From an uncultured Acidobacteriota bacterium (GTDB taxonomy: Bacteria; Acidobacteriota; Thermoanaerobaculia; Gp7-AA8): DNA of 64,000 nucleotides. The first letter of the stretch is position 1. Each line of letters opens with the position of its first letter. The stretch spans positions 1-64,000 of the forward strand of contig CAWGHO010000002.1 of the NCBI GenBank assembly GCA_963822445.1, in the 5' to 3' direction. Positions 32,731-41,870 of the stretch are shown piece by piece. The position numbers and the translations under genes are program-made. The notes beneath the pieces are model-generated. The model made no database searches, was not told where the DNA came from, and worked only from the letters and a program-made list of their open reading frames with translations.

Positions 32731-32804
32731 CGTGTAGTGTGGGCCTCCGGCCTACCCTTGGGTGGGCGGGAAACCCAAGGTAGGCCGGAGGCCCACACTA
32801 CACG
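32731..32804. repeat. REP-like palindrome, family A, copy 2
   Basis: Same arms as 4209-4271; lies between convergent genes and supplies the last codon and stop (GTG TAG) of the aminopeptidase. Confidence 0.9.
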
Positions 32805-34552
32805 AGGATCTGGTCGATCGTCCGGTAGCTCACCGCGTGGTACGTCGGCCGCGCCTTCTCGTAAATCCGCTTCGCCCGTTCCATTCCTTCCGGCGACTCG
32901 GCGAGCTTCTGGTACAGCGGCTTGAGGAACTTGCGCCGTCCCTGGCGCAGGAGGAACTTCTCCAGCGCGTCGTAGGCCGGCTCGTACTTTTTGTCGATCG
33001 CGTTGAGCAGCCACTCGTGCAGGATCTCCGAGTTCCCGCTCTCGGTGAACTTGAACGCCGCGTCGAGCTCCGCCATCTGCTCGCGGCTGAGCGTCTTCGG
33101 CAGATGCCGCAGGAAGTGAATCCATTCGTGAGTGGACCACTTCTTCGTCGCCAGACTCGACGCCGCGGTCCCGTTCTCGAAGGCCTTGACCTGCTCTTCG
33201 ACTTTCGTGAACGCATCTGACTTGACCTTCGGCGCGTTCGCGGGGATCCCCGGTCCGTTGATCCACTGCTCGATCTGGACATTGATCCACTGCTGGACCT
33301 CGGGGAACGCCGCCTGCAGCTCGGCGAGGAACTCCGCGGTGGTCATCGACTGGAAGGCGTGGCGATCGAAGTAATCGCGCAGGAACTTGTCCCACTTCTC
33401 GCGGCCCACCGTTTCCTCGAGCAGGCGCAGGAGGAAGTAGCCCTTCTCGTACGGCAGCTTCGTCGCCGCTTCGTCCGGATCGCGGCCGGTGAGATCGAGG
33501 AAGAGATGCGTGTCGCGCGGCTGCAATTCGGCGACCGTGGCTTCGAGGTCCTGATGTCCGAGCAGGGCGAGCATTTCCGAGTAATCGCGGCCCGCCACCG
33601 CTTCCATGATCCGGCGCTCGAAGTAGACGGTGAATCCCTCGTTGAGCCAGAAGTCGTTCCACGTCGCGTTCGTGACGAGATTCCCCGACCACGAATGCGC
33701 GAGCTCGTGGGCGACGAGATTCACCAGCGAGCGATCGCCGGCGAGGATGGTCGGCGTGGCGAACGTCAGCCGCGGATTCTCCATCCCGCCGAACGGGAAG
33801 CTGGGCGGCAACACCAGCACGTCGTACTGGCCCCACCGATACGGCCCGTAAATCGCCTCAGCCGCATCGATCATCTGCTGCGTATCCGCGAGCTCGTACG
33901 CCGACGCCTCGATCATTGGCTTCTCCGCCCACACGCCGCAGTTGCGGCCTAAGGGACGGAACGCGAGATCGCCAACCGCGAGCGCGAGCAGATACGACGG
34001 AATGGGCTGCGGCATGCGGAACCGGTAGACGCCGTCCGCGCTCACGTCCGGCGAATTCTCCGCGCTCATGATGGCCATGAGCCCCTTCGGCACGTGAATC
34101 GTCGCTTCGTAGGTCATGCGCACGCCCGGCGAGTCCTGACACGGAACCCAGGTGCGCGCGAGGATGGCCTGCGACTGGGTGAAGAGAAACGGATGCTTGC
34201 CGCCGGCTGTCTGCGCGGGCGTCAGCCACTGCACGGCAGCGGCGTCGGGCGCGGAGGTGTACTGGATCGACACCGTCTTCGTGTCCTGCTCGAGGTCGAT
34301 GCTCAGCGGGCGGCCGAGGTGCGGTTGGGGCTCGCCGACGCGGAAGAAGGCCGGCTTGCCGGCATCGAGGGTGACCTTGTCGATGGTCAGACCGTTCGTG
34401 TCGAGCACGAGCTCGCGTGCGGCCGCGCTTTTCTCAATCGTGAGCGTGGCCACGCCGGCGAGCTGCTTGCGGTCGAAATCGACGTTCAGATCGAGTGCGA
34501 GATGTTTGACGACGGCCTCATCGGGCCGTGCGAACGAATGGATGTCTCTCAT
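32798..34552 (-). CDS. M1 family aminopeptidase (leukotriene A4 hydrolase-like)
   Basis: GGMENP, HELAHSW...NEG, YEKG and GRRKF motifs. Confidence 0.95.
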   Translation of the reverse strand: MRDIHSFARPDEAVVKHLALDLNVDFDRKQLAGVATLTIEKSAAARELVLDTNGLTIDKVTLDAGKPAFFRVGEPQPHLGRPLSIDLEQDTKTVSIQYTSAPDAAAVQWLTPAQTAGGKHPFLFTQSQAILARTWVPCQDSPGVRMTYEATIHVPKGLMAIMSAENSPDVSADGVYRFRMPQPIPSYLLALAVGDLAFRPLGRNCGVWAEKPMIEASAYELADTQQMIDAAEAIYGPYRWGQYDVLVLPPSFPFGGMENPRLTFATPTILAGDRSLVNLVAHELAHSWSGNLVTNATWNDFWLNEGFTVYFERRIMEAVAGRDYSEMLALLGHQDLEATVAELQPRDTHLFLDLTGRDPDEAATKLPYEKGYFLLRLLEETVGREKWDKFLRDYFDRHAFQSMTTAEFLAELQAAFPEVQQWINVQIEQWINGPGIPANAPKVKSDAFTKVEEQVKAFENGTAASSLATKKWSTHEWIHFLRHLPKTLSREQMAELDAAFKFTESGNSEILHEWLLNAIDKKYEPAYDALEKFLLRQGRRKFLKPLYQKLAESPEGMERAKRIYEKARPTYHAVSYRTIDQILV

Positions 34553-34575
34553 GGCCGCGGTAGCATATGCGACGC

Positions 34576-34821
34576 ATGCCTTGCGATCACGCCGGCGGTC
34601 CGGAGCTAATCGAGATGGCGGAAAAACACCTCCGCGAAAACGGTGTGCCCGTTGATCGCTGGCCGGGTCTCCGCTTCCGCTGGGCCGAGAACCTTACCGA
34701 CAGCATGTGGGCCTCGGTCGTCGTCGAAGTCGAGCGCCGCGGCGAGCAATGGATCATCACCAGGCTCGACCGTAACAGCGACGCTTTAGCAATGGCTGAG
34801 ACCGGCTTCCATTCGGTCTAG
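34576..34821 (+). CDS. Small hypothetical protein
   Basis: Divergent ORF with host-like codon usage filling the gap before the diguanylate cyclase; start uncertain. Confidence 0.55.
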   Translation: MPCDHAGGPELIEMAEKHLRENGVPVDRWPGLRFRWAENLTDSMWASVVVEVERRGEQWIITRLDRNSDALAMAETGFHSV

Positions 34822-34859
34822 GCCTACGATTTGAATACACGGTTTTCGCTCGAAGGCCC

Positions 34860-35918
34860 ATGCCGACCAATCCAACTCGTCGCCGGAGCGATGGCGATAC
34901 GTTTGACGAGTCGCCGTCGATCCGTGTGCTGCTCGTGGACGACGACGATCACTTCCGTCACTGGCTCACGCACCTGATGCGACGCCTCGGGTTCGCCGTC
35001 GAAACGGCCATCGACGGCGCCGACGCGATGACCAAGTTGCACTCCCGGCCCTTCGACGTCCTGATTTCCGACTTCGAGATGCCGCGCATGAACGGGCTCG
35101 AGCTCATTCGCGAGATCCGCGCGACCCCCGCGCTCTACAGCCAGTACGCGGTGATGCTGACTTCGCACGATGACGTGCGGTCGAAGGTCGACGCGCTCAC
35201 CGCCGGGTACGACGACTTTCTGACGAAGAGCTGCACCGAGGTCGAAGTTGCCGCGAAAGTCGTGGCCGCGCGACGCATGCTTTCGCGTCACCAACTGCTC
35301 TCCGTCTCCGTCCGCGAGTGGCAGGCCTTGGCCATGCGCGACGAGCTGACAGGCGTCGCGGTACGGCGGACGTTTTTCGATGAAGCGGAGCGGTTGCTCG
35401 CCGAGAAGCGCTCCATCGGCGTGGCCATCATCGATCTCGACTCCTTCAAACCGATCAACGACACCTTCGGTCATCTCACCGGCGATCGCATCCTCCGCGA
35501 CATCGGCGCGCTGTTCATCCGCAGAACGCGGGCGCACGATCTGATCGCGCGCTACGGCGGCGACGAATTCGTTCTGCTCGTCACTGATCTTCCGATCGAG
35601 GACCTCACCGGCGCGGCTGCGCGCCTCACCGACGAGATCGCGGCGGTGCAATGGGCCGTCACTGACACCACCATTCAGGTCACGGCCACGTTCGGCGTCG
35701 CGCATTCGTCGCTGCTGCCGAATGCGACAGTCGAGCAGTTGCTCGAAGCCGCGGATCGCGATCTGTACGCGAAGAAGTGGGTGCGCAAGAATCCCGAGGC
35801 ACCCGCCCATCTCTACGAATACTCGGGACAGAAGACCGGCGCCGACGTCGTCCCCCTTCCCGTCGAATCGGAACACTCTGGTTCATCTGTTGCACCGAGG
35901 CCAGCCGTGGAGGATTAG
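34860..35918 (+). CDS. Response-regulator diguanylate cyclase (REC + GGDEF)
   Basis: LLVDDD, SDFEMP, DLDSFKPINDTFGH and ARYGGDEF motifs. Confidence 0.92.
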   Translation: MPTNPTRRRSDGDTFDESPSIRVLLVDDDDHFRHWLTHLMRRLGFAVETAIDGADAMTKLHSRPFDVLISDFEMPRMNGLELIREIRATPALYSQYAVMLTSHDDVRSKVDALTAGYDDFLTKSCTEVEVAAKVVAARRMLSRHQLLSVSVREWQALAMRDELTGVAVRRTFFDEAERLLAEKRSIGVAIIDLDSFKPINDTFGHLTGDRILRDIGALFIRRTRAHDLIARYGGDEFVLLVTDLPIEDLTGAAARLTDEIAAVQWAVTDTTIQVTATFGVAHSSLLPNATVEQLLEAADRDLYAKKWVRKNPEAPAHLYEYSGQKTGADVVPLPVESEHSGSSVAPRPAVED

Positions 35919-35921
35919 GCG

Positions 35922-36182
35922 ATGAAGAATTTCGTTCGAATGCTGGCCCTGGCGCTCGCACTCACCGGACTCGCGGCGTGCGATTCACCGAAAGAAAACG
36001 CGACCGAGGAAAAGATCGAAGATGCGGGCGAAGCCGCCGGCAAGTCCGAGGATGCCGCCGAAGCGAACGCGGAAGCCGTGACCGACAGCGGCGCGACCGA
36101 TACGACCGGAACCACCGGAACCACGGGCACGACGACGACGCAGACCGAGACCTCGACGACGACGGTTACGACTACGACCTAG
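35922..36182 (+). CDS. Small acidic, Thr-rich lipoprotein
   Basis: GGAGG RBS and lipobox LAAC. Confidence 0.8.
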   Translation: MKNFVRMLALALALTGLAACDSPKENATEEKIEDAGEAAGKSEDAAEANAEAVTDSGATDTTGTTGTTGTTTTQTETSTTTVTTTT

Positions 36183-36194
36183 CAGCGGTCACGC

Positions 36195-37700
36195 TCATTT
36201 CCGGGTCATCATCTCCTCCCCGAACTTCACCGCGTCCGCTTTGTCCGCGCTCGTGAAGACGAATCGGAGGACCGAGCCTGTCCCGGGAATGAGCTCGACC
36301 CGCGCGCTTTCCGCCTCCGTGAACGGAGTGAGCTCGCCGGAGAGCCGTCCGATCGACGCGACCAGCGTCGTTCCGCGCTGCTCGACGGTGAGCGTTCCGT
36401 ACGTCGCACCTTCGTACCGGCCGGTGTACGCGCTGAGCGGATGCCCGAGCATCCACTTCCGCGCCGCGAGCTTTTCAACCTCGGCGACCGTGTTCGCTTT
36501 CACCGTGTCGAAACGCGCGCGGAGCTCCGCGAGCTTCTCCGTGTAGGTCTTGTCGACGTCCGGAACGTTCAGCAACCGGTCATACGCGTATGCGGACACG
36601 AGCTCGAGCGGCGAGTGCGACAGCCCCGCATTCGTCATCGCGCCGACGGCCATCTTCTTCCCGGGCAGGAACGAGTACACGGAGCGCCAGCCTTCGAACC
36701 CACCGCCGTGGTAGATCGCCTTCTCGCCGTGAAGATCCGACTGGTACCAGCCGAATCCGTATCCGGTGCCGTCGAAAATGAAGCTGTCGCGCTTCGCCGG
36801 CGTCTGCTCCTTGTGCGTCTCCGCGAACGCGGCCGCGGGGATGACCTGCCGCGATCCGATGCGGCCCTGCGTGAGATTGGCATTCAGGAACTTCGCGACG
36901 TCGGCGGGCGTCGTCGCGATTCCTCCCGCGGCGTGCATCATCGAGTCGTCCTTCCAGCCGTACTCCTGAATGGCCATGGCCCCCGTTCCGCTCATGTCGT
37001 ACGGCGTCGCGATCCGCTGTTTGCGCGCGGCGGACATGTAAGCAGTCGTGCGAGTCATGCCCAGCGGCTTGAAAACGCGCGACGCGAGCGCGTCCTGCCA
37101 CTTCTGACCGGTGAGGCGTTCGACGACCAGGCTGGCCACGACGTAGCCAAGGTTGTCGTAGCGGAAGTCTTCGTTGCGCGGCGTGCTCAGGCCGAGAATC
37201 CGCACCAGCTCCTGCGGCGTGTGATCGCCGGTGAACGCCGTGCGGTAGACGATCGCATTGTTCTGGATGTTCGAGGTGTGCGACAGCAACCGCCGCAGCG
37301 TCACCCGCGACGCATCGATCTCCGGCGGGAATCGCAATTCGGGAAGATAGGTCGTCACCGGCACGTCGAGATCGAGCACCCCCTCCTCGGCTAGCACCGT
37401 GCAGAGCAGCGCCGTGTACGCCTTCGTGTTCGAGCCGTTGTAGTAGATCGTGTCCGCGTCCGATGGCCGTTTCGTCGCGAGGTCCGCGTAGCCGTAGCCG
37501 CGCGCGTAAGTCTTTCCATCGTGAACGATCGACAGGCCGATGCTCGGGATCTCCGGAAGCGTCTGCAGCGTCTTGCCGACGAACCGGTCGATGTCCCGCA
37601 TCTGGGCATCGGTCCCAGGCAGCGGTGACGAACTGCACGAGATGAGAAACGTGAGGGCGAGGATCAGGAAGGAAACGCGAACCGCGGCGAATGGGTGCAT
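36195..37700 (-). CDS. Serine hydrolase, beta-lactamase/AmpC-like, with C-terminal DUF3471-like domain
   Basis: SNTK (SxxK), LLSHTS, YDN (YxN) and HGG motifs; lipobox-like LISC. Confidence 0.88.
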   Translation of the reverse strand: MHPFAAVRVSFLILALTFLISCSSSPLPGTDAQMRDIDRFVGKTLQTLPEIPSIGLSIVHDGKTYARGYGYADLATKRPSDADTIYYNGSNTKAYTALLCTVLAEEGVLDLDVPVTTYLPELRFPPEIDASRVTLRRLLSHTSNIQNNAIVYRTAFTGDHTPQELVRILGLSTPRNEDFRYDNLGYVVASLVVERLTGQKWQDALASRVFKPLGMTRTTAYMSAARKQRIATPYDMSGTGAMAIQEYGWKDDSMMHAAGGIATTPADVAKFLNANLTQGRIGSRQVIPAAAFAETHKEQTPAKRDSFIFDGTGYGFGWYQSDLHGEKAIYHGGGFEGWRSVYSFLPGKKMAVGAMTNAGLSHSPLELVSAYAYDRLLNVPDVDKTYTEKLAELRARFDTVKANTVAEVEKLAARKWMLGHPLSAYTGRYEGATYGTLTVEQRGTTLVASIGRLSGELTPFTEAESARVELIPGTGSVLRFVFTSADKADAVKFGEEMMTRK

Positions 37701-37730
37701 GCCGCCTCAGACGTCTCTTGGCGGCGATCG

Positions 37731-38516
37731 TTAGAACGTCATGCCCAGCGTGACGCCGACGTTCTTCCGCTCGACGAGCAGCACCGTCACTGACGCCTTG
37801 CGATGCGCATACGTGGCCGACAGATGCGTGTGCACGCCGTCGTTCATCAGCATCGCCGACACGCCTGGTAACACGCTCACGTTCACGCCGAACGGATAGA
37901 TCAGCCGCCGTTCATAGCCGCTGTAGCTCACGCCCGCGTACGGTCCGATGCGGCCGAGACCTTTGCTGACCGTGACGAAGTAAGCCTGCCCGGACGGTGT
38001 ACCGATGCGATCGGAGCTCGTGCCGAAAACGACAGCCGGCCGCGTTTTCGTTTCGCCGAGGGCTCGCCAGTTCGCGACGAGGCCGACTTCGTTCGCCTCC
38101 GCGTTCCACTCGACGCCGGCTTTCAGATCCTTCGTCAGACGATGGGTGATCACCGTGCGATGTGTGGCCCGATCGATCACCCCTTCGATGAAACGATGCG
38201 ACAGCTCCCAGCGATGCTTGTCCGAAGCGGTTCCCCGAACCGCGATCCCTTCGCCGGGTCAGCCGGGTCAACTGGGGACGAGCGACGGCTGACTCTTCTC
38301 GATGACCGCGCCTTCCGCGGCCAGCTCCAGCAGCGCGTCGTAGAGCTGGGCGAAACGCTCGGGATCGGAGAGGAACTCGGTGCGGCAATCCTCGAAGCGG
38401 AACTTGTACGTCTTCCCGCCATGTTCGACGGTCACCGCCGCCTCCCCCTTCGCCACGATGCACTCCTCGGGAGTGTGAATCGCGGCGAGAACGAAGAAGA
38501 CCGCGGCGAAGGTCAA
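37731..38516 (-). CDS. Putative selenoprotein: signal, YHS-like domain, UxxU (SUPGUPG), beta-barrel-like domain; 261 aa with read-through of UGA at 38268-38270 and 38259-38261
   Basis: ORFs 38268-38516 and 37731-38180 are in the same frame (87-nt gap); the only stops between them are two TGA codons; a SECIS-like hairpin follows; the protein ends in Phe after alternating beta-strands. Confidence 0.7.
38222..38258 (-). promoter_or_regulatory. Candidate bacterial SECIS element
   Basis: On the mRNA: UGA CCC GGC UGA CCCGGCGAAGGGAUC-GCGGUUC-GGG-GAACCGC-UUCGG. 7-bp stem with a G-starting apical loop 22 nt after the second UGA and 31 nt after the first. Confidence 0.6.
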
Positions 38517-39145
38517 CGGCGAATGGCCTTTTCGATCTCGGCGAGCATCGCCGCGCGATCGGCTTCCCCGCCGTACCGCTTCACGATGCGTCCGTCGCGG
38601 CCGACCAGGACCAGCGACGGCAGCGCGTTGACTTTGTACGCGCTCCAGACCGCGGGCGTGGATTGCACGATCGGATACGTCACCTTCGCGGCCTTGGTCG
38701 CTTTCACGACGAGCGGCAACCGATCGTCGACAGTGACACCGACGACGGCGAATCCGCGATCCGCGTACTTCGCGTGGAGGGCCTGCAACTCAGGCAGCGC
38801 CTTCACGCAGGGCGGGCAGAACGTGCCCCAGAAATCGAGCAGCACGACCTGTCCGCGAAAGTCCTCGAGCGAGACCTGCCGTCCATCCAGTGCCTTCAGC
38901 GTGAATCCCGGCGCGGGCTTCCCTTCATCGGTGATCAGGAACTCGTCGGGGTTCTTCAGGAACTCGACTTTGCACTCCAGGCTGCAGAAGGCGTAGTCCT
39001 TCCCCTTGTACTTCGCGCGGGCCTTGACCGGCTCGAAGCCGGAGCCTTCCCGCGGTCCGCACACGGCGCAGACGGCCTGGTCTTCGGCCATCGCGGCAAA
39101 GGCGACGAGGGCAATCAGAGCGAGGATGATCAAGCGTCGGGTCAT
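38513..39145 (-). CDS. Exported YHS/TRASH domain + TlpA-like redoxin fusion
   Basis: Signal peptide; CAVC...YKGKDYAFCSLECKVEFLKNP (YHS); LDFWGTFCPPC thioredoxin site; VNALP cis-Pro loop. Confidence 0.9.
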   Translation of the reverse strand: MTRRLIILALIALVAFAAMAEDQAVCAVCGPREGSGFEPVKARAKYKGKDYAFCSLECKVEFLKNPDEFLITDEGKPAPGFTLKALDGRQVSLEDFRGQVVLLDFWGTFCPPCVKALPELQALHAKYADRGFAVVGVTVDDRLPLVVKATKAAKVTYPIVQSTPAVWSAYKVNALPSLVLVGRDGRIVKRYGGEADRAAMLAEIEKAIRR

Positions 39146-39200
39146 GCTCCGAGCGTAACGTGGCGCGTGTGGAAACGCTTCCAGCCCGAACGCGGCGACG

Positions 39201-39587
39201 TCACATCTCGGTCTTCAGCATGACCTGCACGCGCTCCACAACGTCCGGCAGGCGGAACGGTTTGCCCATGAAACTGTCCGCGCCCGCTTCCATCGCCGCC
39301 GGCTTCTGACTGGCATCGGCGGAGATGACCAGGATCGCCACCGGGTGCGCTTCCCGAATCGCCTTCAGTCGTCCCAGCACCTCGATACCGCTCATCTCGG
39401 GCATCTGCAGATCGAGCAGGATCAGGTCATAGTCGTGCTGCAGGTGCAGCGCCGCAACCTCGGTCGATTCCAGAGTCGCCGTCACCGCGCCATACCCGGC
39501 GCGTCGCAGCGTGTGCTCGAGCAGACGAACATTCGATTTCTGATCGTCGACGATCAGGATTCGCGGACCGGGAGCTTCATTAGACAT
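39201..39587 (-). CDS. Single-domain response regulator
   Basis: ILIVDD, LLDLQMP and KPF motifs. Confidence 0.9.
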   Translation of the reverse strand: MSNEAPGPRILIVDDQKSNVRLLEHTLRRAGYGAVTATLESTEVAALHLQHDYDLILLDLQMPEMSGIEVLGRLKAIREAHPVAILVISADASQKPAAMEAGADSFMGKPFRLPDVVERVQVMLKTEM

Positions 39588-41673
39588 CGTGGCTCTCTTC
39601 GGCGAATGCCAGCGCGACGTTCAGCGTGTGCATGAATTCACTCACCTTGATGGGCTTGGTCAGATAGCGGAAGAAGCCCGCGTCGAGCCCGCGCTCGATG
39701 TCCCGAGGCATGGCGTTGGCGCTCAGGGCGATGACCGGAATGTGCGCCGTGGTGATGTCGTCGCGGAGAATTTTCAATGCCTCGAGACCGCCGATGCCCG
39801 GCAGGTTGATGTCCATGAGGATCACGTCGGGCAGACAGCTCTTCGCCAGATCGACGCCGAGGTTACCGTCCATTGCGCTCAGCAGGCGGATGTCGTTGCG
39901 GCGACCGATGAGCCTCTCCACGAGTTGCAGGTTGGCGGGATTGTCTTCGACATAAAGAAGGGTGCGCATGCCCTCGAGAGCCACGGTGCCTGATTCGGCG
40001 ATCGTGACCGGATCGATTTCCGCGGGAAGAACGAGGGGCGAGGTCGATGGCAGCTCGACCCAGAAAATGCTTCCTGTGCCGACCATGCTCTCCACGCCGA
40101 TGACGCCGTCCATCAGTTCGACCAGCCGCTTGCTGACCACGAGGCCGATGCCCGTCCCTTCCTCGCCTTTGGCCTCCTGGCCCAGACGATTGAACGGCTG
40201 AAAGAGCTGCATCAGTTTCTCAGGCGGTAACCCTGCTCCGGTGTCCTTGACCGTAATCCGAACGCGACCCGAAATCGAGTTTGCCGAGCAATCGACGGTG
40301 ACCGATCCACCGATCGAGTTGTATTTGATGGCGTTGGACAGCAGGTTGATCACGACCTGTTTGATGCGGGTGCGGTCGGCATTGACACAATACGCGGCGT
40401 CGCTGCGCGGAAAGCCCATGCGGATGCCGCGGCGCTGCGCGAGCGGCTCGATCATGGAGTGGCACTCCAGAAGCAGCTCATTGAGCGAGACCGGCTCGAC
40501 CGACATGGAAAGCTTTCCCGACTCGATTGTGGCCAGGTCGAGAATCTCGTTGATCAGCTCCAGCAGATACCAGCCGGCATTGAGGATCTGGATGATGCTC
40601 TCGCCTTGAGCAGGCGTCGGCGGCGGAGTGTCGGATTCCATCAACTGGGCAAAGCCGAGGATGGCATTGAGTGGCGAGCGGAGCTCGTGACTCATGCTGG
40701 AGAGGAAATCGGACTTGGCGAGATTCGCCTTCTCCGCGGCAGCCGTCGCATTCGTCAGAATTGCTTCGACCTTGTTGCGCTCGGTCAGATCACGAGTGAG
40801 CTTGGCGAAGCCGCGCAGGTCGCCGGCCTGATCGCGAATGGCAGTAAAGACGATGTTCGCCCAGAACGTCGAGCCATCCTTGCGGATGCGCCAGCCTTCA
40901 TCTTCGTGCCGGCCCTCTGCAGCCTTGTCGAGGTCGTGTTGCGGTTTGCGGGCGGCAACATCCGCGGGCGGATAGAAAACAGCGAAGTGCCGCCCTACGA
41001 TCTCTTCAGACGTGAATCCCTTGATGCGCTGGGCGCCGGTATTCCAACTGACGACGTGTCCATCCGGATCGAGCATGACGATGGCGTAATCGGAAACGCT
41101 TTCGACCATCAGCCGGAAGCTCTCCTCGGTCCAGCGCAGTTTTTCCTCGACATGTTTCCGGGCGCTGTTGTCGGTGCCGATCAGCAGATAGCCGATCACG
41201 GCCTCGCTGTCGTCGCGCAGCGCGGTAACAGAGACGATTGCCGGAAAGCGCGTCCCGTCTTTGCGGATGTAGGTCAGCTCGTAAATGTCTTCGATGCCGC
41301 GTGAAGCCTTGAAGGCCAGCGCTTCGAAACCGGGAGTGATCTGCGTTCCGAGCTCGACGCTCAGCGCCGCGGCGCGGGCGATGACTTCGAGCGGATCGGA
41401 GATGTCCGCGGGTGTGATCTGATCGATGACTTCCGACGCGGAGTAGCCGAGCATGCGCTCCGCACCGACGTTGAACAGCTGGATCACGCCTTTCTCGTCA
41501 GTGGCGATACTGGAGAAGTTCGCGCTGTTGAGAATGGCGTTCTGAAGCGCGCCGGTCTTGAGGAGCGCTTTCTTGCGCCGTACTTCAATGACCGCGATCG
41601 CTCTCGCAGCCCGCGAGGATTTCTCGCTGGGCCGCCTCGATGGTGTCGCTCGCAGCCGTCCGTGTGCAGTCAT
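39580..41673 (-). CDS. Cytoplasmic hybrid histidine kinase (2 PAS, HisKA, HATPase, REC)
   Basis: Two PAS blocks (FNVGAERMLGY, WNTGAQRIKGF), SHELRSPL, NLLSNAIKY, GTGIGL and LMDINLP. Confidence 0.93.
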   Translation of the reverse strand: MTAHGRLRATPSRRPSEKSSRAARAIAVIEVRRKKALLKTGALQNAILNSANFSSIATDEKGVIQLFNVGAERMLGYSASEVIDQITPADISDPLEVIARAAALSVELGTQITPGFEALAFKASRGIEDIYELTYIRKDGTRFPAIVSVTALRDDSEAVIGYLLIGTDNSARKHVEEKLRWTEESFRLMVESVSDYAIVMLDPDGHVVSWNTGAQRIKGFTSEEIVGRHFAVFYPPADVAARKPQHDLDKAAEGRHEDEGWRIRKDGSTFWANIVFTAIRDQAGDLRGFAKLTRDLTERNKVEAILTNATAAAEKANLAKSDFLSSMSHELRSPLNAILGFAQLMESDTPPPTPAQGESIIQILNAGWYLLELINEILDLATIESGKLSMSVEPVSLNELLLECHSMIEPLAQRRGIRMGFPRSDAAYCVNADRTRIKQVVINLLSNAIKYNSIGGSVTVDCSANSISGRVRITVKDTGAGLPPEKLMQLFQPFNRLGQEAKGEEGTGIGLVVSKRLVELMDGVIGVESMVGTGSIFWVELPSTSPLVLPAEIDPVTIAESGTVALEGMRTLLYVEDNPANLQLVERLIGRRNDIRLLSAMDGNLGVDLAKSCLPDVILMDINLPGIGGLEALKILRDDITTAHIPVIALSANAMPRDIERGLDAGFFRYLTKPIKVSEFMHTLNVALAFAEESHDV

Positions 41674-41870
41674 CGTTCTCTTCTTTCCGTCCTGTCGCGC
41701 GCAGCAACATCACCGGGAACGACGACGCGTACATCAGATTGTGGGGCTTGGTTCGGCCTCTTCAACTGCACGATGTACGCCGCATTGTGAATGTGGCAGT
41801 GAAGCGGCAAGGACAATGATCAAAACATCGTCAATCCGCGCATTTCCCCCATTCAATCGAGGAGAAACTC

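Noticed and set aside
36080-36180. Thr-rich tail of the small lipoprotein as a second graspetide-type precursor
   Set aside because: It has a lipobox, no repeated T...ExxDxD cores and no adjacent ligase; low-complexity linker.
38513-38515. TGA of the YHS-TlpA gene as another Sec codon
   Set aside because: The redoxin domain is complete there and the next gene starts in a different frame by TTGA overlap; no adjacent redox motif.
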